Positions 7,802 through 18,011 are shown, numbered from the stretch's first letter. The stretch is DNA of 64,000 bases from an uncultured Candidatus Saccharibacteria bacterium (GCA_964423445.1 CAYREQ010000004.1:2700-66699), one strand, 5' to 3'. Notes: generated by a model not told the origin, from the letters alone. Made by a program: numbers and translations.

Positions 7802-9697
7802 TTAAACAATTTTAATAGTTCCCTCATTGTTGCCGGCCATTATGTAGTCGGCAACTTTGTTTTCTACTATTTCTTCTATTGCTCTTTTTATAGGACGAGC
7901 TCCAAATTCTCTATCAAAACCAGCAGATGATACTTTTTCTATAAGCGCATCTGTGACCTCTAATCTTATTTTTTTATCTTCATATAGCCTCTCTGCAAAT
8001 TCTGTAAGTAATAATTTTGATATAGTCTTTGCTTGGCTAGCATCTAATGGTTTGAAAAGTATCACACTGTTAAATCTATTTAAAAATTCTGGAGCAAAAA
8101 TTCCACCTTGTATTAGTGTATTCATCAAAGTTTTCTTATCTATATTTGAATTTGCTACTATGTCAGCACTCCCCGCGTTTGAAGTAGCTATAATTATGGC
8201 ATCTCTAAAGCTCGCTTCCCTGCCAGATTTACGAGTGAGCCTTCCTTCGTCTAGTACTTGGAGGAGAAGATTGCGAATTAATACATTTGATTTCTCAAGC
8301 TCGTCTAAAAATACTAGTGATAGTGGAGCTTCTTCTATAGCACTAGCTAGTCTGTCAGTAAAAGCTTCTACAGATGTGGTGAGTGAAAATTCACTCATAT
8401 CAAAACGTATCATCGCATTTTTGCGTCCGAAATAACTCTCCGCCAAAATTTTTGCAGTATAAGTCTTTCCTACTCCAGTCGGACCCAAGAATAAAAAGCT
8501 TCCGGCTGGCTTGTTGTGATCGGCTATACCTGTACGTAGACGAATCAAAGCTTGAGTCACATCATTTACTGCTTCGTCTTGGCCTATGATTTTTCCTCGC
8601 ATTGATACTTCAAGGTTTTTTAACACTTCTCTTTCATCTTTACCTATAGCGCCTATTGGTATATTGGTCTTATCAGATATAATTTGTTGTACATCTTCTA
8701 TGGTTATAGTCTTGCCGAGGGTTTTTAATTCTTCCAATACCAATACAGATTTTGCTGGTTGTGCTTGATTGCCTACTAGTCTATCTGTAAGTCGGACAAT
8801 TTCTAAAATTGCGTCTTCGTTTATAGAAATATGTAGATGTCTAGCGTTTTCTTTTAATATAGCTATAGTGTCTTCGGTATTTGTTCCCAAGATATCTACT
8901 TTTTCAAATTTTGAAAGAAATTCTGGATGACCTTTTAATACGCTGTCATAATTTCCAAAATCAGTCGTAGCTATTATACCCAAATGTGGCATCTGTAAAT
9001 ACGGCATGAGTCTCTCATAGATAGCTTCATACGCATGAATATTTTCAATAATTAAAATAATATTCCCAGCTCGAGCAGCTTCATTTAAACATTTATCAAA
9101 ATCAGGTAAAGATAAGTTTTCAATAAAAAGTTCTACGACTCGGTGCTGACGAATACTAGAAAAAGATAGCCCAGATTGTCCTAAATTTCCTAAATATGAA
9201 ATCAGGGTAGACTTCCCTGTGCCTGTGTCTCCGACAAAAAGCATATTGTGATTTGAATCTTTTGAAAGTCCACGCTCTATCATGCGTAGAGCTTTGTCTT
9301 TTCCGTAAATTTTTTGATTTGAAAAACCTAAAACATCGCGACTGTGTTTATCTAGAGTATAAGTGTCACCATATGAGAGCGATGCTCCAAAACTTGGTAG
9401 ATTTAAAAAATATTCAGTAGAAATTGTGACCGGTATAAAGAAAAATATTGGAAAAGTGAGAATAGCCAAGAAAGTAAAAATAAGCCCCACCACTATGAGG
9501 ACTATTCTCGCCACAAAACCGATAATTCTAGATAAAAAATAAAAGACTACTTTTTCAAAAATAGTAAAATGGCTACCTTTGGCATCATCCATCTTCCATG
9601 GTGAAAAAAGGGTTTTAGTCAGAAGTGGTATAGAAAAAGCATTGTAGGCATATATTACAAGATTTTTCCATGATTTTAGCCCTGGGTGCATATCCAT
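7802..9697 (-). CDS. Membrane-anchored ClpA/B-like AAA+ ATPase
   Basis: N-terminal TM segment; Walker A GDTGTGKS and GPTGVGKT; RFDMSEF, LDELEK, PEFLNRF, FGARPIKR. Confidence 0.85.
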   Translation of the reverse strand: MDMHPGLKSWKNLVIYAYNAFSIPLLTKTLFSPWKMDDAKGSHFTIFEKVVFYFLSRIIGFVARIVLIVVGLIFTFLAILTFPIFFFIPVTISTEYFLNLPSFGASLSYGDTYTLDKHSRDVLGFSNQKIYGKDKALRMIERGLSKDSNHNMLFVGDTGTGKSTLISYLGNLGQSGLSFSSIRQHRVVELFIENLSLPDFDKCLNEAARAGNIILIIENIHAYEAIYERLMPYLQMPHLGIIATTDFGNYDSVLKGHPEFLSKFEKVDILGTNTEDTIAILKENARHLHISINEDAILEIVRLTDRLVGNQAQPAKSVLVLEELKTLGKTITIEDVQQIISDKTNIPIGAIGKDEREVLKNLEVSMRGKIIGQDEAVNDVTQALIRLRTGIADHNKPAGSFLFLGPTGVGKTYTAKILAESYFGRKNAMIRFDMSEFSLTTSVEAFTDRLASAIEEAPLSLVFLDELEKSNVLIRNLLLQVLDEGRLTRKSGREASFRDAIIIATSNAGSADIVANSNIDKKTLMNTLIQGGIFAPEFLNRFNSVILFKPLDASQAKTISKLLLTEFAERLYEDKKIRLEVTDALIEKVSSAGFDREFGARPIKRAIEEIVENKVADYIMAGNNEGTIKIV

Positions 9698-9819
9698 ATT
9701 CTATCATATATATCTCATGCTGAAAGCTTTTTTTGAGGTTTTACCAAAGTAGACAATATTTAAATATTCTGTTATACTAAAAACGTCTTAATTTAAAAAT
9801 TTATTTTCTTAATTTATAG

Positions 9820-9959
9820 TCGAGTTCACAAGAATATCCATATAATTATGAAGCACACAGGCAAAAATCTAGAAACTTTTTATCAAGCTCCCGCACTTGG
9901 CCGAAACAACTTTGTCAAAAAATCCATAAATATATAGTGGTACCTTCTTGTAAGCTTGA
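9820..9959 (+). ncRNA. Candidate 6S-like long irregular hairpin RNA upstream of rny
   Basis: End-to-end pairing TCGAGTTCACAAGAA/TTCTTGTAAGCTTGA, inner stems, central bubble; upstream promoter TAGACA-17-TATACT. Confidence 0.5.
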
Positions 9960-9968
9960 ACCAAGCTT

Positions 9969-11501
9969 ATGAGTTTCACATTAACAACAATTTTAATAAG
10001 CGCACTCGCGCTTCTTTTAGGTGTAGGGATAGGATACTACTTACGTTTTATAATCGCTCTCGGAAAGAGACGCTCTATCGAGATAGACATCAAGCAAATG
10101 ATGGTCGGTGCAAAAGAAGAAGCACAAAAAATCACAGACGAAGCAAAGAAGTACTCTGAGAAGAAACTAGCTGAGTTGAAAGAAGAGGAAAAGAAAAAAG
10201 AACAAGAGTTTAAAGAAACAGAAAAAAGACTTATCAAAAAAGATGAGTTTTTAGACTCTAGACAGACAGAAATAGATAAAGAAATAGAGCACATAAAAAC
10301 GAAAGTTGAAGAAATAAAACAAATCAAAGAAAAAGTCTCAAACATAGAAGCAGAAAAGAGAGCTGAGCTTGAAAAAGTAGCAAAGTTATCTCAAGAAGAA
10401 GCTAAAGAAGAACTCTTGAAAGAAGTAGAGGTAAAGTACGAAGAAGATTTGATGGTTCGTATTCAAAAACTTGAAAATGGTAACGAGGAAAAATTGGAAC
10501 GCCGAGCAAAAGATATCTTGGCTACAAGCATCCAAAGACTAGCAAAGAGTACTGCAGCCGAGCTCATGACTACTGTGGTCTCAATACCAAACAATGAGAT
10601 AAAGGGTAAAATCATCGGAAAAGAAGGCCGAAATATCAGAGCTTTTGAAAGAGCTTCTGGTGTAGAATTGATAGTAGATGATACCCCGGGTTCAATTATT
10701 ATATCTTCATTTGACCCTATCAGACGCCAAGTGGCTCGCCTTGCACTTGAAAATCTAATCCTAGACGGAAGAATCCAACCAGCAAAGATCGAAGAATTGG
10801 TAGAAAAGGCAAAAGAAGAAATAAATAAAATAATCAAAGAAAAGGGTGAACAAGCAGTATACGAATGTGGAATATTCAACCTAGATCCACGCATCGTGGC
10901 TATCGTCGGTAGACTATACTTCCGTACGAGCTTTGGTCAAAACGTTTTGCAACACTCTACTGAGATGGCACACATTGCAGGTATGATGGCAGAAGAGCTC
11001 GGTGCTGATGTAGCCATAGCTAAAGCTGGAGCACTCGTACACGATATCGGAAAAGCTCTAGACCACGAAGTCCAAGGTACACACGTAGATATCGGTATGC
11101 GTATATTGCAGAAATTTGGAGCAGATGAACGCATAGTCACAGCTATGAAGAGTCACCACGAGGCTTATCCTTATGAGACAGTAGAGTCTATCATCGTGCA
11201 GACAGCAGATGCTATCTCTGGTGGACGCCCAGGAGCTCGTAGAGACTCAGTAGAGAACTATCTAAAGAGATTACAAGAGCTAGAAACTCTAGTAAATGCT
11301 TTCCCAGGAATAGAAAAATCATATGCCCTCCAAGCTGGACGTGAAATCCGTATATTCGTGACTCCAGAAAAAGTAAGTGATGCAGAAGCAAAGCTTATGG
11401 CTCGTGAAATTGCTATAAAAATAGAACAAGAACTCAAATATCCAGGCGAAATTAAGGTGACCATGATACGAGAGACAAAAGTCATCGAGTACGCTCGCTA
11501 A
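9969..11501 (+). CDS. rny: Ribonuclease Y
   Basis: N-terminal TM, coiled coil, KH motif KGKIIGKEGRNIR, HD motif HDIGKA. Confidence 0.97.
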   Translation: MSFTLTTILISALALLLGVGIGYYLRFIIALGKRRSIEIDIKQMMVGAKEEAQKITDEAKKYSEKKLAELKEEEKKKEQEFKETEKRLIKKDEFLDSRQTEIDKEIEHIKTKVEEIKQIKEKVSNIEAEKRAELEKVAKLSQEEAKEELLKEVEVKYEEDLMVRIQKLENGNEEKLERRAKDILATSIQRLAKSTAAELMTTVVSIPNNEIKGKIIGKEGRNIRAFERASGVELIVDDTPGSIIISSFDPIRRQVARLALENLILDGRIQPAKIEELVEKAKEEINKIIKEKGEQAVYECGIFNLDPRIVAIVGRLYFRTSFGQNVLQHSTEMAHIAGMMAEELGADVAIAKAGALVHDIGKALDHEVQGTHVDIGMRILQKFGADERIVTAMKSHHEAYPYETVESIIVQTADAISGGRPGARRDSVENYLKRLQELETLVNAFPGIEKSYALQAGREIRIFVTPEKVSDAEAKLMAREIAIKIEQELKYPGEIKVTMIRETKVIEYAR

Positions 11502-11614
11502 AAATACTTCATTTATAAAAGACTTGCGTCAAAAAACCCTTACTATATAATAAGTAGGTATAGATTATATAAGTAAATTGGTCGAAATATTACAAGTTTT
11601 GTCTTAAAATTCAT

Positions 11615-11887
11615 ATGAATAAACAAGCATTAGCTGACTTAGTACACGGAAAATTAGGTGGTACAAAAGTACAAGCTGAAGAAGTCGTAGACGGTTTGTT
11701 TGATGCTATCATCGGTACTTTGAAAAAAGGTGGTGAAGTATCAATCGCTGGCTTCGGAATCTTTTCTGTGAAGTCTCGTGCAGCTCGTATGGCTCGTAAT
11801 CCAAAGACTGGAGAACAAGTCAAAGTAGCAGCAAAGAAAGTTCCAAAATTCCGACCTGCAAAAGGTTTGAAGGACGCAGTTGCATAA
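11615..11887 (+). CDS. hup: DNA-binding protein HU
   Basis: MNKQAL, GFGIF, RNPKTGE, PKFRPAK. Confidence 0.96.
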   Translation: MNKQALADLVHGKLGGTKVQAEEVVDGLFDAIIGTLKKGGEVSIAGFGIFSVKSRAARMARNPKTGEQVKVAAKKVPKFRPAKGLKDAVA

Positions 11888-11916
11888 ATTTTTTATCTCG
11901 CGAGAAAAAAAATAGC

Positions 11917-11953
11917 AAAACAAAAAATCCCCTACTCGGGGATTTTTTGTTTT
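11917..11953. terminator. Bidirectional terminator between hup and lexA
   Basis: AAAACAAAAAATCCCC-TACTC-GGGGATTTTTTGTTTT. Confidence 0.88.
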
Positions 11954-12518
11954 AATACTTTCTTATTACTGCTTTTAGGACGGCGACTATGTTGAGTGAA
12001 TGTTCTGGGTATATCGGGCTGTAGTTTTTATTTGCTGGCTCGAGCCATCTCTTGCCTCCTTTGTCTCGGAAATATTTCATAGTGAATTCTCCATCTACTT
12101 CGGCTATCACAATTTGCTTATCTTTGGCACTGTTTGCTCGCTCTACGAGCACCATATCTCCACGCTCTATATGTGCATCTATCATAGAGTCTCCATCTAC
12201 TTCGAGCATATAGGTGAGAGATTTATTTTTTACTAACATGTCATCCAAGTTCACAGTGTCGGCTAACTCTTCTTCTACAGTAGCTGGCAATCCGGCTGTC
12301 ACGAAACCAGCCATCTGAATTTCTCCGAATGATTCTGAGGGTATCAATCTACCCAAGTGATCTTTAGATACAAATCCTTCTTCTATCAATTTACCTACTA
12401 CTTTAAATACTGCGTTCTTGGACTTGAAACCAAAGAGCTTCATCATCTCCGAATACGTAGGCATCCTCTTATTCTGTGAAAAGAAAGATTCGATTTTTGT
12501 TTGATAGATAGTGCGCAT
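11952..12518 (-). CDS. lexA: LexA repressor (peptidase S24)
   Basis: N-terminal wHTH (PTYSEM..FGFKS), Ala-Gly cleavage site (TAGLP), catalytic Ser GDSM and Lys TMK. Confidence 0.88.
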   Translation of the reverse strand: MRTIYQTKIESFFSQNKRMPTYSEMMKLFGFKSKNAVFKVVGKLIEEGFVSKDHLGRLIPSESFGEIQMAGFVTAGLPATVEEELADTVNLDDMLVKNKSLTYMLEVDGDSMIDAHIERGDMVLVERANSAKDKQIVIAEVDGEFTMKYFRDKGGKRWLEPANKNYSPIYPEHSLNIVAVLKAVIRKY

Positions 12519-12524
12519 TCTGTT

Positions 12525-12725
12525 TTAAAATTGAAGGCTAGAAAAAGTCGGGAAAAAACGATTGAAAAAAGTCTTTCTAGAATGATAGCGTACCTTTTGC
12601 AATAGTAGCTTGTGGTCTCTCGCCTCTTTGATATAAGACTCGCCTTGTAAGATTTTTAAATCAATCTTTTTGTTAATGTTTTGTATTTCTCTCTCTAGCA
12701 TTTTTAAATATTGTGATTGTGACAT
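12525..12725 (-). CDS. Small basic hypothetical protein co-transcribed with lexA
   Basis: 66 aa ORF ending 6 nt upstream of lexA on the same strand. Confidence 0.7.
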   Translation of the reverse strand: MSQSQYLKMLEREIQNINKKIDLKILQGESYIKEARDHKLLLQKVRYHSRKTFFNRFFPTFSSLQF

Positions 12726-12781
12726 ATATTTTATTGTTATTTTTTTTACTAAAAGCCCGACGTGGCTATGTAATTATTATA

Positions 12782-12799
12782 AGTGAACGAGCGTTCACT
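12782..12799. promoter_or_regulatory. SOS/LexA box in the promoter of the lexA operon
   Basis: AGTGAAC-GAGC-GTTCACT (GAAC-N4-GTTC) fills the spacer between minus-strand -35 TTGATA and -10 TATAAT. Confidence 0.8.
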
Positions 12800-12831
12800 A
12801 TCAACAATATATATGTGGAAAACTCTAAAAG

Positions 12832-13692
12832 CTATTTTAGCCTTGTAGGATCAGAGCGCATTCGGAGGTTTTCATTCAAGCCATCTAATACTTTCATGTC
12901 TTCTGGTGATAGTTCGAAATCAAAGATATTTATATTTTCTTCTATGCGTTCTTTTCTAGTAGATTTTGGTATCGTAATCCATCCATGCTGTAAATCCCAA
13001 CGCAATAAAACCTGCGCGGAGCTTTTACCATATTTCTGTGCAATTTCTACTATTGCTGGTGTATCGAGCCTCGCTCCGTGCACGAGAGGTGAGTGAGCTT
13101 CTACTGCTATTTTGTTTTGTTCACAATAATTTATAAGTTCTGGATTATATAAAAATGGGTGTAGCTCTATTTGGTTTACTGCCGGCATCATCTTGACATA
13201 ATCTTTCATCTCTTCCAAATGATTTATCATATAATTTGATACACCGATAGCTTTGGCTTTTCCAGATTTATAAATCTCTTCCATCGCCCTCCATGTATCT
13301 TCTCTTTTATTTATACTTTCAAAAAGTACTCTATCCCCGCTCGCAGTCGGCCAATGGACTAAATATAAATCTATATAATCCATGCCGAGTTTTGCCAGAG
13401 ATTCATCAAAGGCTTTTAATGTAGTCTCGTAGCCTTGGTCTGTATTCCAGAGTTTTGTCGTCACAAATATTTCTTCCCTAGGTACTCCACTCTCTCGTAT
13501 AGCCTTCCCCACTCCTTCTTCGTTCTCATAAACTTTTGCTGTGTCTATAGAGCGATACCCAGCACCGAGAGCCCACTTTACAGCATTGATGACTTCCGCC
13601 CCTTCTTTTTCTTTGAATACGCCAAAGCCAATCACCGGCATTTCTACACCATTGTTTAAAACTATCTTTGAATTTTTGTTTAAATTTTGCAT
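12832..13692 (-). CDS. Aldo/keto reductase
   Basis: GYRSIDTAKVYENE, TTKLWN, YLVHWP, IGVSNY, IPKS. Confidence 0.95.
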   Translation of the reverse strand: MQNLNKNSKIVLNNGVEMPVIGFGVFKEKEGAEVINAVKWALGAGYRSIDTAKVYENEEGVGKAIRESGVPREEIFVTTKLWNTDQGYETTLKAFDESLAKLGMDYIDLYLVHWPTASGDRVLFESINKREDTWRAMEEIYKSGKAKAIGVSNYMINHLEEMKDYVKMMPAVNQIELHPFLYNPELINYCEQNKIAVEAHSPLVHGARLDTPAIVEIAQKYGKSSAQVLLRWDLQHGWITIPKSTRKERIEENINIFDFELSPEDMKVLDGLNENLRMRSDPTRLK

Positions 13693-13693
13693 G

Positions 13694-14293
13694 TTAATTT
13701 TCTAGAGGTTTAAATAAATCTTCTAATTCTTTTTTCTTTTTGGGGTCCAGCTTAGCTTCAAGAAATTTTATGATAACTTCTTTTTCAGCAAAATACACTT
13801 TTTCGTCTGTTGCGGTATCTATAAGCTCATCTAAGGTCATTGGTAACAGTTTTATTTTCTCTCCGCCGTCCAAATCCATTTCGGCAACTTTCTTTAAACC
13901 TTTAGCAACAAATGTATATACTACCCAATCGACTTTACCGACAGGGTGTTGGGAATCCCACAATACATATTCTTCTGCCTCATAACCACTTTCTTCTAAT
14001 AATTCTCTTTTCGCTGCGGTAAGTATATCCTCCCCTTCATCTACCCTGCCACCAGTAGCTCCTATAAATGGCTCGCTTTTGCCAGGTTGTTCTTGCTCTG
14101 TTAAAATAATTTTCCCGTCAGGTAATACAGGAAAAACTACAACTGTATCTGGGCGTTTTACTTTTTCAAAAGTTCTTTTTGTGCCATCATACATGTCTTC
14201 TTCCCATTGATAAGTATCAAACAAAATACCCTTGAATACTCTCTTGGCATGATCTGGTATTTCTTGATTTGCTTTTGGTCTTTTTATTTCCAT
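13694..14293 (-). CDS. NUDIX hydrolase (ADP-ribose pyrophosphatase-like)
   Basis: GGRVDEGEDILTAAKRELLEESG Nudix box. Confidence 0.9.
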   Translation of the reverse strand: MEIKRPKANQEIPDHAKRVFKGILFDTYQWEEDMYDGTKRTFEKVKRPDTVVVFPVLPDGKIILTEQEQPGKSEPFIGATGGRVDEGEDILTAAKRELLEESGYEAEEYVLWDSQHPVGKVDWVVYTFVAKGLKKVAEMDLDGGEKIKLLPMTLDELIDTATDEKVYFAEKEVIIKFLEAKLDPKKKKELEDLFKPLEN

Positions 14294-14307
14294 CGCTGTA
14301 TTATAAC

Positions 14308-14877
14308 CTAGTTTTTGTTTGTAGATAAATAATCTAATAATTTCTTATATTCATCTATGTGTGGAGTCACTGTATTATCATCTCCTTTTGCCATTTTTTC
14401 GAGATCTGCTATTTTTATCCATTTTGTCTCTGACACTTCTTCTTTTGCCAACTTCAGGTCTTCAATAGAGACATCCAAATGTACTAAATAAATATCATTT
14501 AGTGCATTCTCTTTATGGATATATTCCCCATTATCAAAAACAGCATTCTCTCTTACGGTAAATAAATATTCAAAATTATCTAAAGGTAGATAAAGACCGA
14601 GCTCTTCCATCATCTCCATCTGTGCTGCTTCGAGGCTAGACTGCTCACTGTTTACATGACCCGTAGCAGACACGTCCCACTTCTCAGGAAAAACAGCTAC
14701 TTCTTTTGATCTTTTCTGTAAAAGAAATTCACCATTTTTATTCATGAGCCACACATGCACTGTCAGGTGCAGCAAGCCATTTTTATGTATTTCAGTATAC
14801 CCTTTTATCTCACCTGTTTTTTCTTTATTTTCATCTATGATATCTAAATCATCGTCTGTCTCTTTGTATTTTTCCAT
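14308..14877 (-). CDS. NUDIX hydrolase, IPP-isomerase-like
   Basis: GLLHLTVHVW, LLQKRS, WDVSATGHV, EMMEELG. Confidence 0.85.
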   Translation of the reverse strand: MEKYKETDDDLDIIDENKEKTGEIKGYTEIHKNGLLHLTVHVWLMNKNGEFLLQKRSKEVAVFPEKWDVSATGHVNSEQSSLEAAQMEMMEELGLYLPLDNFEYLFTVRENAVFDNGEYIHKENALNDIYLVHLDVSIEDLKLAKEEVSETKWIKIADLEKMAKGDDNTVTPHIDEYKKLLDYLSTNKN

Positions 14878-14898
14878 TTAGCAAGTATATCAAAAATT

Positions 14899-16464
14899 TT
14901 ATATATTTTCTTTTGGTCTATATTGTATAGCTTCTAGTATGTGTTTGCTCTCTATGTTTTCTGAGTTCTCCAAATCAGCTATCGTCCGAGCCAATTTTAT
15001 GACTCTGTGATAGGCACGTGCTGAAAGACCGAGTCTTTCAGCACTATCGTCTAGCATATCTCGCACTTCTTTTTTTAGTTTTACAATGTTACTCAAATCT
15101 TTTACATTCATTTCACTATTAGTCCTGATTTTTTTACCCATTTTTTCAAATCTATCTCTCTGAATTTCTCTTGCTCTTTTCACCCTATTCTTTATGACTT
15201 CACTTTTTTCTCCGCTACTTTCACCACCCAATTTTTTATAATCAATATTACCCACAGACACCCAGATATCAATACGATCCATTATCGGACCTGACAATTT
15301 TCTCTTGTATCTATCGAGATCTGAAGGTTTACAAATACAAGCTTTTTGTTTATTCCCAGTATTCCCACAAGGGCAAGGGTTCATGGCTGCGACTAGTATA
15401 AAGTTTGAAGGAAAAATAGCCGAACCTTTAGCTCGAGATATAGATACGATATTATCTTCGAGTGGCTGACGCAGAGACTCTATGACCCTCTTTTCAAATT
15501 CTGGAAATTCATCTAGAAACAATACTCCGCGATGCGCCAGAGTAACCTCACCTGGCTTTGGATAAGTACCTCCACCTATCAGTGAAACATATGATGCAGT
15601 GTGATGTGGAGCACGAAATGGTGGGTAACAGACTAACTCACCGAGTACATTTCCAGCGACAGAGTGAATACCTGTGATTTCTAGTACTTCTTCGGTGGAC
15701 AAGTCTGGGAGTAAGCCTGAAAACACACGAGCTAGCATGGTCTTTCCTGTGCCCGGTGGACCATACATAGCAATATTGTGCCCACCCGCAGCTGCTATTT
15801 CCAAACCACGTTTTGCAGTCTCTTGCCCACGAATATCCGAAAAGTCTCCACCTTTATTTTCACCACTTCTGTTGTAAACAATCTCAGTTTGTGGCTGTAA
15901 TGGAATCTTTTTATTTATTTTTTCTTTGTCTTGTAAATTCTTTGGTGTCGTATCTAGATGCTCTATCACTTCTTTTAGATTATTTGCTCCAAAAACTTTT
16001 ATTCCACTTATGAGTGCCGCTTCTACAGCATTTTCTTTTGGCAGATATATTTCCTCAAATCCTTGTCTTTGAGCCTCTTCAGCTAGTGGCAAAGCTCCGC
16101 GAATACCACGCAATGTGCCGTCGAGTCCGAGCTCTCCTAAAAATATTTTTTTATCAGAGTTAAATTTTATTTCTCCCGCAGAGAGTAGGTAAGCCACAGC
16201 GATAGCTAAATCAAAAAATGGTCCCTCTTTTTTGAGCCCTGCTGGCGAAAGAGAAACCACTATTTTTTGATTTTTAGCTTTTGGAGATTTAAAACCAGAG
16301 TTTTTTATAGCACCACTGACTCGGTCCTTGGATTCATCTACGGCTTTATCAGGCAGACCTACTACACTAAAAGTGTGTAAGCCTTTAGATAAATCTACTT
16401 CTATGGTAACGATAGAACCCTTTAATAAATTTACTTGTGCAGAATAGACTTTTGCAAAGCTCAT
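14899..16464 (-). CDS. comM: ComM/YifB Mg-chelatase-like AAA ATPase
   Basis: VGLPD, GELGLDG, GPPGTGKT, PFRAPHH, LFLDEFPEF, AAMNPCPCG, ARTIADL. Confidence 0.95.
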   Translation of the reverse strand: MSFAKVYSAQVNLLKGSIVTIEVDLSKGLHTFSVVGLPDKAVDESKDRVSGAIKNSGFKSPKAKNQKIVVSLSPAGLKKEGPFFDLAIAVAYLLSAGEIKFNSDKKIFLGELGLDGTLRGIRGALPLAEEAQRQGFEEIYLPKENAVEAALISGIKVFGANNLKEVIEHLDTTPKNLQDKEKINKKIPLQPQTEIVYNRSGENKGGDFSDIRGQETAKRGLEIAAAGGHNIAMYGPPGTGKTMLARVFSGLLPDLSTEEVLEITGIHSVAGNVLGELVCYPPFRAPHHTASYVSLIGGGTYPKPGEVTLAHRGVLFLDEFPEFEKRVIESLRQPLEDNIVSISRAKGSAIFPSNFILVAAMNPCPCGNTGNKQKACICKPSDLDRYKRKLSGPIMDRIDIWVSVGNIDYKKLGGESSGEKSEVIKNRVKRAREIQRDRFEKMGKKIRTNSEMNVKDLSNIVKLKKEVRDMLDDSAERLGLSARAYHRVIKLARTIADLENSENIESKHILEAIQYRPKENI

Positions 16465-16531
16465 ATATAAAGTTAAAAATTTATAAAGCTACAATGTTAA
16501 AAGTATACTTTAAAAATTCAACTTTATACTT

Positions 16532-16888
16532 TTAACTCTCAAGATGTTTTTTACAAGTCCGCGCAGCTGGATTTGCTTCCATGCGAGCCACCTCTATATC
16601 TTTTTTACATACTTCACACTTACCAAAAGAATCTCTGTTTAGTCCTTTGAGTGCTTTCAAAATTAAATTTAGTCTAGGCTCCAAAGTTTTAATCATAGAG
16701 CTTCGTGCTTCAAAATCTTCAAACCTGTCTGCTTTATCATTTTCATCAGCTTGTGGAGCACTTATTTCTTCTGGAGTTGCTTGCCACTCACCTGTCTCTG
16801 GATCAAGCTTGCCCATATCACCAAGCTCACTCAAGAGCATGTCTCGTTCTTTTTCTAATTTTTCTTTTATTTTTTTCTTGTCTAACAT
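16532..16888 (-). CDS. DksA/TraR zinc-finger family protein
   Basis: Coiled coil with acidic tip, FGKCEVC...RMEANPAARTC. Confidence 0.85.
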   Translation of the reverse strand: MLDKKKIKEKLEKERDMLLSELGDMGKLDPETGEWQATPEEISAPQADENDKADRFEDFEARSSMIKTLEPRLNLILKALKGLNRDSFGKCEVCKKDIEVARMEANPAARTCKKHLES

Positions 16889-16943
16889 GCACCAATCATA
16901 GCATTTTAATTTTGCATAGCAAGTGCTATACTCATGAATACTT

Positions 16944-18008
16944 ATGTTTTACAAACACAATGACAATTACACAGTAGAATCAGTGACTTCTGGCCACCCA
17001 GACAAAGTCTGTGACCAGATTTCAGATGCTATATTAGACGCTTATCTAGCTCTAGATCCAAAGAGTCGCGTAGCTGTAGAAGTGTTTGGTGGACATGGCA
17101 AACTCGTAATCGGTGGTGAAGTAACTTCATCAGGCAAAGTAGATTATGTAAAAATTGCACGTGACGTTTACAAAGAAATCGGTTATACAGATGAATTGGA
17201 AATCTCTGCGCACATAGTAGAGCAATCACCTGATATTGCGATGGGTGTAGACACTGGCGGAGCTGGAGACCAAGGCATCATGTATGGTTTTGCTACAAAT
17301 GAAACACCGGAATATTTACCCAAGGGTGTCGTGCTCGCTCACAAACTCGCAAAGAATTTAGAAGAGAAAAGAAGAAGTGGAGAAATGAGTTGGCTCGGCC
17401 CAGATGGCAAGACTCAAGTCACTTATTCAAATGGAAAATTAAATACTGTGCTAATCAGTACTCAGCACTCGGCTAAAATTTCTCTCGAAGAAGTCACCAA
17501 AGAAATTACTGAAAAAATAATTCATCCCCTATTGTCTGATGAAGAAAAAAATTCTATAAAAATATTAGTAAACCCTACAGGTAAATTTATTGCTGGAGGT
17601 TTTGAAGCAGATACAGGCCTCACCGGTAGAAAAATAATGGTGGATACTTATGGTGGACTCATTCCCCATGGTGGTGGATGTTTCTCTGGAAAAGATTCTA
17701 CAAAAGTAGATCGCTCTGGGGCATATATGGCACGCTTTGTAGCCAAAAATCTTGTAGCGAGTGGCTATGGCAAAGAAGTCCTCGTATCTGTAGCTTATGC
17801 TATCGGTATGGCTGAACCACTTATGATAGAAGCTATAAATGAAAAAGGCGAAGATTTGGCACCGATAGTACGAAAGAATTTTGACTTCAAACCACTGTCT
17901 ATCATAGAACGCCTAGGTTTAAGAAATCCCATATTTAAACAAACAGCAAAATACGGCCACTTTGGAAAAGATGGACTCCCTTGGGAAAAAATTGAAACTA
18001 TTAAATAA
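16944..18008 (+). CDS. metK: S-adenosylmethionine synthetase
   Basis: ESVTSGHPDK, GAGDQG, DTGLTGRK, GGGCFSGKD. Confidence 0.97.
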   Translation: MFYKHNDNYTVESVTSGHPDKVCDQISDAILDAYLALDPKSRVAVEVFGGHGKLVIGGEVTSSGKVDYVKIARDVYKEIGYTDELEISAHIVEQSPDIAMGVDTGGAGDQGIMYGFATNETPEYLPKGVVLAHKLAKNLEEKRRSGEMSWLGPDGKTQVTYSNGKLNTVLISTQHSAKISLEEVTKEITEKIIHPLLSDEEKNSIKILVNPTGKFIAGGFEADTGLTGRKIMVDTYGGLIPHGGGCFSGKDSTKVDRSGAYMARFVAKNLVASGYGKEVLVSVAYAIGMAEPLMIEAINEKGEDLAPIVRKNFDFKPLSIIERLGLRNPIFKQTAKYGHFGKDGLPWEKIETIK

Positions 18009-18011
18009 AAA

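Noticed and set aside
16890-16943. SAM riboswitch upstream of metK
   Set aside because: Only about 55 nt of divergent promoter sequence, with no room or consensus
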